Shown piece by piece: positions 11,601 to 55,735 of a stretch of 64,000 nt of DNA. The stretch comes from Tubiluchus corallicola (Eukaryota; Animalia; Priapulida), in NCBI GenBank assembly GCA_030141605.1, contig JAQGDQ010000070.1, forward strand, positions 310,001 to 374,000, written 5' to 3'. The notes under the pieces are model-generated. The model made no database searches and was not told where the DNA came from. It saw only the letters and a list, made by a program, of their open reading frames with translations. The stretch's first letter is position 1. Every line of letters starts with the position of its first letter. The translations under genes were made by a program, and so were the position numbers.

Positions 11601-13995
11601 TTTGCGCACATATTGACAAAAAACCAAAAGCATTAGCTATGATTAATGTCTCAACGCAAAATTTCAAAAATCAAAATGTTCACATTTGGAACTAAATAAA
11701 ACAATCATGCATGGTTCAAACGTTAGCCAGTTTACAGTTTTCTAATTTTGTTTTTCTGAAACACGAAAACGCACCGAGACTGCAGAAGAGGACCAAGTTC
11801 TAGATATAAGATGTAAGGCGTATTTATTTGACACGTGCAGTACAATACAAATTAGCCAATAAGGTAACTATTTTTATAGAAGAAAATGTGAGGGCAGCGT
11901 ACGACTGTAAGAGTCCTAAAAAGACTGCTCTTATATATGGTTCATTTGCAGAATTTAGTTCTGGAAGCTTGGCGCTATGTAAAACAGGTGATTCACTGAT
12001 TCACTGTTCAGTCAATGTTCACACTTGTGAGGTCCGAAACCAGACGCAGGCTTTTTACTGCCAAATCATTTAAAAACAGTAAAATCACACAGTAAACAAA
12101 ATGAAAATACACAACGTTTTGAACTATTAGTGCAAACAATTCGGGTAGAGAGAGTCCGTAGTGGTAAACTGAAACGTCGTGTCTTTTTATTTCTTCATTG
12201 TGTATGTTTAATCACCTCCAAGGAGGCTATGTTTTCGTTGACCGCTCCCTGTTTGTTTGCTTGTTTCTTTCACATTTGTCAGAAACATTTTTCCGGTTGG
12301 ACAATTATTGTATATTATGCTACTTAAAGCTAGTTAAGAAATATTCCATATATAGTAGGAACGCAGCATAGACAGGAAGTAGATCCCTTGGGAAAAACTT
12401 GTCTGGCGCGTGAAATGATTAGAACAGGTTTTCCGCATGTTATAACAATTTCTGACATGTTTATAACTAATTTGTAGCCAATGTGTAGGCGATTTAGAGA
12501 GTACTTATATGCTGTGCGCAGATAAATAGAGAAATTAGTACTAACATTTATGACTGAAACTCAATATGATGTCTAACACATTTATTATTGTAGTTTCAAC
12601 ATGTCACCTAACATTGTACAATTGTTGTAAATAAGTAATTGCATCATGATGTTTTAATCATTCGTTCTTTGCTTTTATTTATCTGCAGTGCGGATTTTAA
12701 TGTTAGTGCGGATCTGGTTCATCTATGTTGAACTTTCAGTTTATAAAATTGATATTATTCTTAACTTGACTTCATTAAAAGTTTCACATAAGAGTGTGAG
12801 GTGTAATAAATTGTGTATCATCAATCTATTTTAATTTGATAAATGTCTTAGTCATGCGTTCAGTCAGATGTTAAAAGCTTTTATGAGAAGTGTGGCACGG
12901 TTTAATTTGTGTGTCCTCTTTGACATTGCAAATATAATTACAGATATTAAATTAAACTCTCCTACGTTAGGCTTTTGACCTTTAGTGTTTAATACTGTAT
13001 AGATATATAAATTTAATTGTTGAACAAGTTTTTATGTAGTTAAGAGTGGGCCTAGATATATTATGCTGTCTTTCATCGTATAATGAAACAGCCAGCCTAT
13101 GCAGTCAGAAGTAGCCCTGAGAACACTCGCGACTTGTTTGTTTTAAAACAAAACAAAAAATAACATGTATATAGTGTATTTTTGTACCTTTTTGCAAGTG
13201 TTTATGAAACATGTTTTAGAACCGCAAGTGTTTTTGCAAGATAAATTCTGTTTCCCCTTCATTTTTACATCAGAAGAGTAAGAAGGAAATGATTAAAGCG
13301 CCATTTTACTGGATTACCATGTTAACTGCTTTTGTGGATTTGATGCGCATTTTGCAACACAACTAGGCCGCGCAATTTGTCAATGTGATTAATGCAGATA
13401 TTAATAACAATTTTATTACAGATAAATTCTCCCACAGTTATCCTATAACTTTATTATAGGATAAAGCTTCCCAAAATTGACGAAATAAAAATGCAATTTT
13501 CCACTTAAGATGTCATAAAAATTCAAGACATAATTTCGCCTTGTCTAGCATTTATGGCTCGTATCTATGGTTATTCCTGCCAACTCAGTACCATATATTG
13601 CCAGGTGGTCAGTAAAAGCAAGGCGTAATGCGGTCAGCAATAAGGTCGATAGTCCATTTAACTATCGCTTGACCAGTCAGTCCAGACTCCAGTGTGAATG
13701 TTCAATTTTCTTTTATTTGGGTTTAACCTATTCAGTTCGTGAATTACGTTCAGGTGAATGACCTAAAATCGCCAACACATAAGATTTGCTGAACAGCTTA
13801 ATTAGTATAACACTAGTATTAAAGGTATTCCAATGCTAATAGGTAAGTGGTTTTGCTGGCGTACATTTAATAAATTTCTCCGTTGTTTTTTTCAGTCCAC
13901 TTGTGGTCTTCCCACATCGTCTGATGCCCACTCAGAGACTGGACACTGTACAAATAATTGGAGAAGTGAACATTACTATGGTCAGCATACAATAA
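2642..13995 (+). CDS. Tandem-repeat (bi-CRD) galectin, 9 exons, 330 aa (galectin-4/8/9-like architecture)
   Basis: Exons 2642-2674, 2798-2886, 3844-4069, 6189-6299, 6774-6845, 8108-8149, 9440-9531, 11329-11556, 13896-13995. All introns are GT-AG, phases are consistent, total 993 nt. Galectin signatures: NYP/AVPYKG..GGL..GK.I..QG, GQTFEMII....RYKIAINGQHFCDFTH, YNPPIPYFGQL.GGMYPGRAI, FSPRF..QQIVRNS..GGKWGKEER, FPFRPG..FDLTI, FPHRL. No signal peptide. Confidence 0.93.
2798..2886 (+). CDS. Galectin exon 2 (N-CRD start, AVPYKGVVRGGLFHGKMIHLQGTP)
   Basis: ttcatag| acceptor, AG|gtaatg donor, galectin F1/S2 motif. Confidence 0.9.
3136..3330. repeat. (TTATG)n/(TTACG)n pentanucleotide repeat
   Basis: Direct reading, galectin intron 2. 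Confidence 0.95.
3844..4069 (+). CDS. Galectin exon 3 (N-CRD core)
   Basis: tgcag| acceptor, AAA|gtaag donor; GFKIDL..DVGLSIN..QWRNE..GQTFEMIILAHQDRYK. Confidence 0.9.
6189..6299 (+). CDS. Galectin exon 4 (N-CRD end, IAINGQHFCDFTHVLP...)
   Basis: tttcag| acceptor, CAG|gtatga donor, typical galectin C-terminal strands. Confidence 0.92.
6774..6845 (+). CDS. Galectin exon 5 (linker VEAAPQPPVPGYPHPGYPHPGPPQ)
   Basis: ttacag| acceptor, CAG|gtaacc donor, symmetric phase 0-0. Confidence 0.85.
8108..8149 (+). CDS. Galectin exon 6 (linker PAPPVSPHTVVYNP)
   Basis: tttcag| acceptor, CCG|gtaaga donor, YNP motif that precedes galectin CRDs. Confidence 0.85.
8330..8400 (+). mobile_element. 5S rRNA-derived fragment (SINE3-like head or 5S pseudogene)
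   Basis: CGAAATGAAGCAACGCCTAGCCTGGGCAGTAGATGGCTGGGTGGC resembles the 5S internal control region (GAAGTTAAGCA...GTTAGTACTTGGATGGGTGACC); degenerate. Confidence 0.5.
9440..9531 (+). CDS. Galectin exon 7 (C-CRD start PIPYFGQLVGGMYPGRAIRVCG)
   Basis: ttgcag| acceptor, AA|gtatgt donor, parallels exon 2. Confidence 0.92.
11329..11556 (+). CDS. Galectin exon 8 (C-CRD core with WGKEER)
   Basis: Polypyrimidine tract plus aag| acceptor, AG|gtatag donor; FSPRF, IVRNS, WGKEER, FPFRPG. Confidence 0.93.
13896..13995 (+). CDS. Galectin exon 9 (PLVVFPHRLMP...GEVNITMVSIQ*)
   Basis: ttttttcag| acceptor, phase 2 fits exon 8, TAA at 13993-13995. Confidence 0.9.
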
Positions 13996-14154
13996 ATATT
14001 ACTCAGTGGTCACTGGTCACTCAGTAGACGTAAGACCCAAAAGGCTGCAGTTGGCTTAAATGGAAAAAGCAATTTTTAATATTTATGAAAATATAAATTG
14101 CACTTTTATAAATAAGTGATTTTGTTGTAAAAAAGGATGGTGATTTAATTAAAA

Positions 14155-14238
14155 ATGAATAAATGCAATGTACTATTTAGGTTTTTAGTATATATATATA
14201 TATACTAAAAATCGAAATAGTACATTGCATTTATTCAT
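14155..14238. terminator. 84-bp near-perfect palindrome with AATAAA on both strands (candidate bidirectional poly(A) site)
   Basis: Left arm ATGAATAAATGCAATGTACTATTTAGGTTTTTAGTATATATA versus reverse complement of the right arm shows 2 mismatches. It lies between the convergent stop codons at 13995 and 14436. Confidence 0.6.
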
Positions 14239-14435
14239 ATATACATATGTATATATATTGTTATTAATTATTACGAATTATTAATATTGTTAAAGCTAAA
14301 CACGTGACTTTTTACAAATGTGTGATAGGCCTAGTAAGACAACTCATTGCTGTTAAAAATTTAATTTGTTTTTTTATTATTAATTCAAATTAAACAATTG
14401 GTAAAACAAAGTTTATTTACATAAAATTGCGCAAT

Positions 14436-15457
14436 TTAAGCGACAAGTTCGTATTCTAGTATTTTGATTAATTTTTTACAATTCTCAATATTTTCAACAG
14501 CTGTGATGGTTGCAGTGGATAATACATTCTTCCACTCTTTTGCAGTCTTTTCAGCATTCCTTCTGAACTGAAACCAATGATCTTCAGTCCTCTCCAGGTC
14601 ACTTTCTCCTGTTCCTATATTTTCCCTGATCCACTTATAAACATTTTCGTGAATGGGTATTTCTAGAAAATTATAAATTTCCTGGGCTAACTGATAAGGC
14701 GCATCGACTATGTCTTCGTATCTCACTCGGCGATATCGTCTTGGTTGTTCTTTCTCAAGGTCTAGTCCATACAACACATCTTCTAACACCTCACTACACA
14801 GTGTTCTAGCATCGTTCACTAACTTATCATGTTTTAACTTGTGGTCACCCCCGATATTGTTCCACGATCTGACCATGGCTCTTGGGTCTCTTACTAGATG
14901 CACGATTTTAACATCAAGTTCTTCATCATCAATAAGAGCTGTAGCTTCTTCCAGTGTCATTCGTATCACTTTGGCAGCAAAGAATTTGTACGGCTCACAC
15001 AGTTGTGGATAATAATTTGCAATGTTGTCTAACACTTGGCTAATACTAGGCTTTCTACAGTTAAGCGTTTCATCAGGAGAGGTATCTTCTGGTATGTACT
15101 CTCGACAGTTTGTAAAATTCCACACTGCACGAGATCTGACCATCGCTTTCTGATGGTACTCGTACTCACGCTGAGGATACAGATGATCTTCTCGACACTT
15201 CAAAGCATTTGAAACAATGTATCTCTTCAAGTTCGACACAGATGAACCATTTTCAGACAATTTCTCGATGTCAATCAGCTGGTGCATGAAGGGATTGGCT
15301 CTTCTTGACATGAACACGGATATTTTGTCTTTCCAAAAGACGGAATGTAGGGGTTCGTAAATATAGAAGATGTCTGGATGGTTGTTCAGTAGTTCTCCGG
15401 TCATTGAAGAACCAGCACGATACCGTGTTACAAGGAGAATGGTTCGTCTTCTTCCCT
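14436..15457 (-). CDS. Carbohydrate 6-O-sulfotransferase (CHST1/3/5-like Gal/GlcNAc/GalNAc 6-O-ST), catalytic exon; 5' exon(s) not resolved
   Basis: Open frame from acceptor atttcag| at 15457. 5'-PAPS loop ILLVTRYRAGSSMTGELLNNHPDIFYIYEPL, AAKVIR, 3'-PAPS motif KIVHLVRDPRAMVRS, YRRVRYEDIV, and a C-terminal W....VE..C..L..LEY pattern. TAA at 14438-14436. Confidence 0.92.
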
Positions 15458-17812
15458 CTGAAATTAACGCAGTTTTATGATTTTCAAATCAAGTAAACTG
15501 TGATTACGAGAAAAAATACACAGTGATTGTTTCGAAATTGTATATTTCGCACAGAAATTTATATACAATCTACGTATGTTAATAAGACAAACTGATTTAA
15601 TATGTAAAATGGCACGGTGTTATGACTTCTGGAAATGGTCGTGCAACGGAATTAAAACTTACATTACCATTGATTGCCTTACTCAATTGTTATTGAAAGT
15701 CTTATAAATGGCACGGTGAAAACTGCTGCGCACTATTTGTTGACCGATTTTTAGTACTTTGGACGTAAAGTAGTTGAACAATGCTTTGGGAGCTGTTTGT
15801 GAGCGGTATGAGTTGTCATACTTCTCCGGCTATTTGCCTTATTGCGGTAAAATGTACATCTGTGGGCTCAATATTTTATACTTGAAAATTATCTTTGAAA
15901 ATGAGATAGATTTCGGTCGTGCCACAACCATTGTCTACGTTAAGCTGGTCCTGCTGGACATTGCTAATCTTTCAGTAATGATAACATGACTTAACATTCA
16001 TTAAATTGTCACACAATCGATTACGCGCTGCACAGTTTGCTTTATGAATTATATCGAAATTAGATGGATTGCACACTTCTAGACAAGGGGTCATTTAGTC
16101 TTACACACACCTATACGTTGTGCGTGCTATTACGGTAATGTAGAAGTTAAAAATACAGTGTGATTTTTCTATATTATACTGAAATTAATATGACTTTAAA
16201 CTCATCTTGATTTTAATATGGGTGTAACTGTTTAAGTTTAATTTTATAGTGTTTGCAGTTAGAGAAACATTATTACATTTTTAACATGGAAAAATGTTAT
16301 TATTCTGTATGCTTAAATAACTTCTGAAATAAAATTGCATTCATTCTGACAGTCAAATCAATGATTATAGTGTAGCTATCATAATTTATGTTCTTGTACG
16401 TTATGGCCAAAACGTGTTTAGCAGGTATAAGTAGGAAGTGTCAACAATTGACGGCCTGACAGTGCATTGACTGGTAAACACCTTACTTGTCTCCTTATAG
16501 CCGACGGTGATACAAGTTTTTCTTGAGCTATAATAATAACCTTCAAAACTTCCGCTGACGACGAATGTTTCACTGGACAAAACCAACTATGCCAATGACA
16601 TGAATTCTCACATTGTATATATATATTGTATATACATTGTATGTATATATATTATATATATAAATTAATTATATATATATAATTTAACTTCCCATGTACG
16701 ACTGCACGACAAACTGAAAGGAATAGATGGAAGTTTGTAAAACCTTGAAAAAGATTTCCTAATTTTGAATATTTTTGAGTAAAGTACACTGATTCTAATA
16801 TCTAATATTTCCGCAGTTCCTTCCATTCGCATTTCTGACGAGTTATTAATCGGAATTTCTTGATCACAGGAATTTCTCAATGAGACTAGTATGATGACTT
16901 AGTTTACTCCACACTTTTTGACTTTTACATTAAAAAGTATGAAAACGACGGCGCATTTATCTCTGAGTCAATTTACACAGGCACACTCACAGAATTATAA
17001 AAAGGCAACTTTTATTAAAAGATTTAAGATGTAAATTGTTAAAAACATGTCACACACGTTTGCTTTTAATAAAAGTTGGTTCTCTTTTTGTAGTACATTT
17101 ATCTCTGTAGTACATAGTACTAAAATATTTTGTAGTACATGTACATATTAATACATTTGTAATACGTTTTAGTAATTTTAAGTATAGCTGGTCTATCATT
17201 TCTTGATAGCCTGTACAACTAAGGGTTTGTTGTGAAGACCTGCATGTCTGTTGTACAAAGAATGATGATCAGACAAACGTATTCTTCTTGTTTAAAAGCT
17301 GCAGTTTTAATAGAAATGAGTTAAGGTTGCGTCTAACAATCCATGAAGAAGCTAAAATCGACAAAGATAATTTATAAGAGGTTAAATGGACATTCATTAT
17401 AGCGTTTATTATGTTCATTATGTATTATGCATTATTACAATTATGCACTTTTGTTTTTACAATGGAATTTATTCTACATTAAAACGAAAAAGAAGCAACT
17501 TTATCAAAGTTTTACTGCACTAAGAACTAGTTTACATGAAAAAAACAAAAAAGGTCAAAAATACGCACAGTTCCGTAAATTTGGCGAAAAATTCCTCACT
17601 AATTTCGAAAATCAAAGTGTAAAGCAAATTTTGATTATTAACTTTTAAAAAATGGAATGTTAACACTTTTAGACATACTGTTTGAAACATAAAAGATAAA
17701 TAGATTTCATTTCTAGTTATTGAACTGTGTTATTAAATATTAAATGCGTTTAAGATAAGAGACGATTTATTAAATTACATTTCTTAATAAATAAGTATTT
17801 ACATCTGATGTT

Positions 17813-17935
17813 ACAAACCACAGTTAACTAAATTTTGCCACAAAAACTTGTAATGTGCAAAAAGATATGATGCAGCCCGGATTTGAACAAGGGGCCTAGT
17901 GCTTACATATCAGACGCCTTAGACCACTTCGGCTA
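17813..17935 (-). mobile_element. tRNA-derived SINE-like copy
   Basis: Reverse complement TAGCCGAAGTGGTCTAAGG (A box) ... GTTCAAATCC (B box); tail resembles the copy at 34170-34300. Confidence 0.55.
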
Positions 17936-18165
17936 ATTAATTAGGGTTTGTAATATCATTAGTAATTATCTTGACATAAAGATTATAACAATTAGATTAT
18001 AACAATCTACCCCTTCACATATACATAGCAACTAAAAATAAATTATAGTTTATTATTTACGTTTTATTTTAATTCATTACAGTTATATTGTGCTAATATT
18101 TTTACTAACAGGTAAAAAATAAACGAATTTCAATTCAAATTCTAATAATTGTTCTCTTACGAATG

Positions 18166-18410
18166 GCGCGTTCACACTTTTACTATGGTGCGTTCACACT
18201 TACTATGAATAGAACTTATCTCAAGAAACTCGAAGAGAAGAACTCTCAGAAACTCTCGGAGAGTTTGCAATAACTTGCCGAGAGAACTCACAAAGCCGTT
18301 CACACTTGCGAGTTTACTCGCTGAGAGAACTCTCGAGAAAAAGTTCTTTCGTCTCAACACCCCGTTAAAAAATCGTTGTGTCGTTGTTCACACTACTGAG
18401 AAACAAGTCT
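18166..18410. mobile_element. Probable PIF/Harbinger-type non-autonomous element end
   Basis: Repeated GTTCACACT terminal/subterminal motifs and AACTCTC/GAGAG repeats; the other end was not found. Confidence 0.4.
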
Positions 18411-18962
18411 GCTTACCATGTTCTTTTGCATGCCAGTCAACTTTTACTGACACGTGACGTTTGTCAAACATTGAGTGAAGTTGTAGAAGAACAATTAACG
18501 ACATTAACACGGTTATCACTCGCAAATGTCTCGGACTTGTCATCCGTTTCATAAACATTTCCTCACATTCTGAAGGTCTCCACGAAAATATCAGTCACAG
18601 TGCAAAAAGTGAGATCACTTTTGTGTCACAATTCACAGCAGCACTTGTCACCTCACTATAAGGAGGCGACTACCAGTAAAGGCATGCGGCCGCAACTCTT
18701 GCTTTCTGCAGACTTTGGTAACTTAGACAGTGTGCAGTTGAGCATGTCCAGTCCACGCATTTGCCATAAGAAAGAGCTTTGCCTTGCCATACGCCTTGTA
18801 AGTCAGCAGAACAATACAAAAATCATTTCTAATCAGTTCAGACCTGCCTAGCTTTAGCGTTCAAGATCGCAGTACATAAATGCGTATTAGATATATTTTA
18901 TGGTTATTTATTTTTACATTTTTTTATTTATTTCTTTTCAAATTCGGTATAACATAAATTAT

Positions 18963-19034
18963 TGCTGTCGCTGTCACTGTCGCTGTCGCTGTCGCTGTCG
19001 TTGTCATTGTCGTTGCTGTTGTTGTTATTGCTAT

Positions 19035-19117
<83 letters not shown>
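18963..19117. repeat. (GCTGTC)n followed by inverted (AAT)n-(TAT)n
   Basis: Direct reading. Confidence 0.9.
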
Positions 19118-19118
<1 letters not shown>

Positions 19119-19739
19119 TGACAAAAGTACTAAATCAGACAAATCTTAAAAAACTTCGTAAAATTAGACACAGGTTAAATGCAAACGTTTAACAAAATTA
19201 GACAAGTGTATTAAACAAAATAGGTTGAAGTTTTTTGAAAATTAATCATAATAAAAATAAAAACTAAACAAAAATAGGCAAAAATACTATATTAGATAAA
19301 TTATAAACATATTTGTGAAATCAGATATAAAAGCTAAGATCAGTTTGCAAAAACTTCAGCTAATGAATCTTGAAGCATTCAAGCGTTAAATTATTTAAAA
19401 CCTTCGTACGTGACACGTAACATACAGTAAAACACAATTAGTTTTAAGACGTAATTACGTGTATAATTACATTAAAATATAAATTACTTAAAACAGATAA
19501 AATGTCATTAATAATAATGTTAAAATGAGAATTCTAATTTAAAAACCTCTGTAAATTTTATTTACCTTAAAGACGCTTTATATCTAATAAGGTCGTCTTC
19601 ATGGCTGTGAACATTGTAAAAACGGAAAACAGCCAGTACGCCAACAAACTGTGCGAAGTGAGTGTCAGAAGAGTACAGACGACGCGCAGACATCCGAAGC
19701 TTTTAATGAGGTAGATGATACTGATGCCCAGGCAGATGC

Positions 19740-20110
19740 ATTTTCGATGAATTGCTTGCTTTTGTGCTGAACCAAATCAATGGTGGCCTTTTGTCAAACA
19801 CTTTGGAAAAATTTATTATTGATTTTTATGACTGACGATGCGATTTTTTTACTAAACACTATAGATGATGCGACATTTACGTATTGGAAACATCAAGATG
19901 AAAATCGGACGTAACTTCACGTAACTGACATAATGGATGATTTCACTCATCGGATTACTGTAATTTGCCAAACAAATCTACTTTTGTTGCGAAAGATATA
20001 GACAGGTTTCCGCCACCACTCGTGTGGTCATGGACCTTTCTGTAATAATCGGAAAATTAACCAAGATGCAGCTGGGAATTGATATTAGCCTGCGAGAAAA
20101 TTACTTGAGT
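19740..20110 (+). pseudogene. Decayed LINE (CR1/L2-group-like) ORF1 N-terminal domain
   Basis: Across frameshifts it reads IFDELLAFVLNQ...LEKFIIDFY...HVTDIM...FVAKDIDRFPP...MDLSVIIGKL, matching from memory the xELLxFxxN...FY...DI...FVAxDLxxLPP...D ORF1 pattern. Confidence 0.55.
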
Positions 20111-21338
20111 AAAATGGACTTAAAAATTTCAGAATTTTCTAAACTGAATGGTAGTTCTTATAATAGCAAGATGGATTATACTGATAAAATATGCTCCGAT
20201 CCTCATGCAAAAAATTGGTAAATGCAAAGTGTTGATGAAAGAAGTCTAAAACTATTATGTATGCAGAACGCGCCATCAAGGCATATTTCAGCTTAAGCGA
20301 GGTCCGGGGAAGTGGGGCGTGTGAGGCCCCCTCGGGGGGGGGGTATATATCTAAACTAGTTATGTGCTCAAAGTAAATTGTATACGAATTTACTAAGCAA
20401 CATACAACAGCGATAATTCTCTTGTTTATCTTTCAACCCCACAGAGTTTTGAGAGTCAAGTTAGTATATTTGTAATGATGCTGTACATAACGTTGTTTAG
20501 ACACCAGTATTAAAGGAAGTAGTGATATCACTATCTTTGTTTACCATAGGTTGACAGTCTAAAGACAGTTTAAATCATTTTTCCAAAATTTGTTTCCTAT
20601 TATGTTTCTTACTGTTTGTTACTCGTTGAATTATTGATAACTTTTTGTTTCTTTTAATATATTAATTGTGTATTTGTGTTGATGTGAAATAAATAAACAA
20701 TAAACACATGGTAGTTCGATCATTGTGCAGCTACGAAGTCTCTTTGATAAAGTGTACAATATGCATATTTTGTATCAAGCTGATAATTATACGACCATTT
20801 TCCTTTACGTTTTTCAGTGAATATCTAAAATATAATTGGTAAAGTTTCTTCAGTAAACTAAGACCGAACTGATTTTCATGTAAAAAGTTGTTATGATTGG
20901 ACTAGTGCCCAAACTGCAGTGCACACTTAAGTGCATCTCGCCAGTTTACTGAATGTGGTCGTCTCTGTATCTACCTAACTATTCTTGCTCTACGCTACAG
21001 GAAGTATTATTATTATAATAACCAGTTACACACCGATCTGATTAATGAATATTGTAGTAAAATTATTAATGTTTTTGCGACTCAGAACAGCATTCCTTGG
21101 AAACGGATGGGCGAACACATAGAATATATCGGATATTTCCAGTCTGAAATCATATGGTTGAAGGAAATTATAACTAAGCGATTATAACTAATTTATTATA
21201 ATTATAACTATAATCAATACCCAATTTCGTTTTAAAATGAGCCGCGAAACAAGAAAATCAGAACAAATCTCAAGTTTCGCATTAAAATCATGTAAAAATA
21301 TGAACTTTGACCTTTAAAGCATACTTACGAGGCATCAA

Positions 21339-21546
21339 GCGGCGTTTATGTAGCATCCGGAATGCGTAATGCGTTATCCATCTGCGGAATAGCTGCGTAT
21401 AAAAAAATCAATAGGAAATAGCTGTAGAAAAAAGTAACGCATAACGCAGGTCAGATAAACGGATACATTGAAAACAATATAAACCGATTTTATCTATCCC
21501 GCACCCCCATAAGGCATACGCATACCGGATGCTACATGAACGCCAC
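21339..21546. mobile_element. Tourist/Harbinger-like MITE
   Basis: About 35-bp TIRs GCGGCGTTTATGTAGCATCCGGAATGCGT / GTGGCGTTCATGTAGCATCCGGTATGCGT (rc), flanked by CAA and TAA. Confidence 0.7.
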
Positions 21547-21777
21547 TAACGTGTTAGTAAAGTGACTTATTATTTTCTGCGAAAGATGCAGAAAAATGGA
21601 AGATCCTATGTCCTAAACCATAATTTCTTTGTGCACCATACTTTATGCCACAACAAGTAAAAAGAAATGAACAGCGAGACAGTCAAACAGACAGACAGAT
21701 AGGTAAGCAAGTAGCGAAGTGAATATATAGATAGAAGATGAGAAGGAAAGACAGAAAACAAGGATAAGAGGGACAAG

Positions 21778-21780
<3 letters not shown>

Positions 21781-21847
<67 letters not shown>

Positions 21848-21853
21848 AAGAGA
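21781..21853. repeat. (GA)n microsatellite
   Basis: Direct reading. Confidence 0.95.
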
Positions 21854-22512
21854 GCAGATGGGTTTTGGAAGACAGTAGCAAGTTGGGGTACATGTCATAA
21901 AGATAAGCTTCTCAGTCGTGTGATTTTTACCAACAAGTTTAAAAGTTCTTTCTTGCAAAAATGAATTTGCAACATGTTTATTAAACTTAAAAACAAAATT
22001 TTGATCTTGGATGTCCTTGATTTACACTCATTTAATAAATTAATTACGTTAGTCATCGACATCAGTGTATCTGTTGAAGTTATTGCGGGCCTAGCTAAAC
22101 ATGCAAATGGATATGCTGCATCTGATTAAACAAAAATACTTGTTCTTCCAACCAGAAGATTACAAAATTTATTTTGCCAAGTACACTACAGTTGTAAAGG
22201 AGAGCCAAGTAAACAAATTAAACAGTGGTTTAATTTAGCAATTAATAAAGTGTAAGTTTATTAACAAGTACAATTAATTTTCACAAAATAAGACATGTTA
22301 ACTAACTTGTTACTAACTTAAATCTTGAAAATTAATCCAGGCCTTAGAGTACTAGATGTATTTTCAGAAATCTATGCGTAGTTAACATAATTATTCCTAT
22401 CTGTAGCAAAATTTTGTTCACTTCACACAATAACCAACGTTAGTTTAATCACAGACTATACAACCATCTGTGCAATATCCACAATGGCTGTTTTTTACAA
22501 TTTTTGCCGAGG

Positions 22513-54913
<32,401 letters not shown>

Positions 54914-55271
54914 CTGAGATAAGCATGGGTCAGAATTTCATCATTGCTGGAAAAACAGAAATGTGTTTATATTTTTTTTAGTTCCGGTGTGTAGAAATGA
55001 GAGCGCAGAAAAACGGGTGAAACAAAAATATACCTGCTCTCAAAACTTTTGTACTGAGAGAATGCTCGTCCCATCACAAATGCGTCTTTTCCTTACTAAT
55101 TGCATAATTTTTTTGTCTTCTGTTGGACTTTTTATGGATAAATCCGAAGCAAAATTTTCAGTCAATGAAAACATTCATTTGCACATTGCGCACTACATGA
55201 ACTTAGTGCGCAACTATCAACTTTTCGATGTGTCGATATTTATGGGTTCATTTTTTACTTATAAAAAACTG

Positions 55272-55735
55272 AAAAGGCCTATAATGTAACTCAACAAATT
55301 TTGAAGTTTTTTAACACATTATTATGATTACACAAAGAATTCATAGTTATTAGCAGACAAAAGAGACTTTTAAATTAAATAGCTTACCTTTTCCTGGTGA
55401 ATTTCAAATGCGTGCATTTATTAAAGATCGCCATTGTTCGCGTCTTTGGCGCGAGTGAGCAAGGATGACGTACAAGGTACAGAAAGCGTCTTTGGTTACC
55501 GACATTTGTTTACCAATCTTTTGTGACCTCGTGACTGTACACGTAACGTCATTCATCTCGCGCAACAAAAAATGGCGGTTTTCAAACTTAATGCCGCTAA
55601 CAACGAAGTGTTAAAAGATCAAAGGAAACAAGTTTTACACTAAGTTTATAATAAAATAAATTGAAAATTTATAATGAGAGTAGGATTTTAAGTTGTAAAA
55701 GCTTATATTATAGTGAGGGTTGAACTTGACTTTAA
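55272..55735. mobile_element. Kolobok-like non-autonomous element, copy 3
   Basis: Aligns along its length with 41788-42248 and ends GACTTTAA. Confidence 0.7.

Noticed and set aside
14710-15012. 100-aa plus-strand ORF
   Set aside because: Antisense shadow of the sulfotransferase exon
15657-15662. Strong GTAAGT donor 205 nt upstream of the sulfotransferase acceptor
   Set aside because: Joining creates TAG, or an upstream in-frame stop with no ATG; cannot supply the coding N-terminus
18600-18851. 83-aa ORF with faint Harbinger transposase-like flavour
   Set aside because: Similarity is too weak to support by eye; no DDE motifs seen
20301-20343. G-rich run, possible G-quadruplex
   Set aside because: Short and irregular, lies within a decayed repeat region, no functional context
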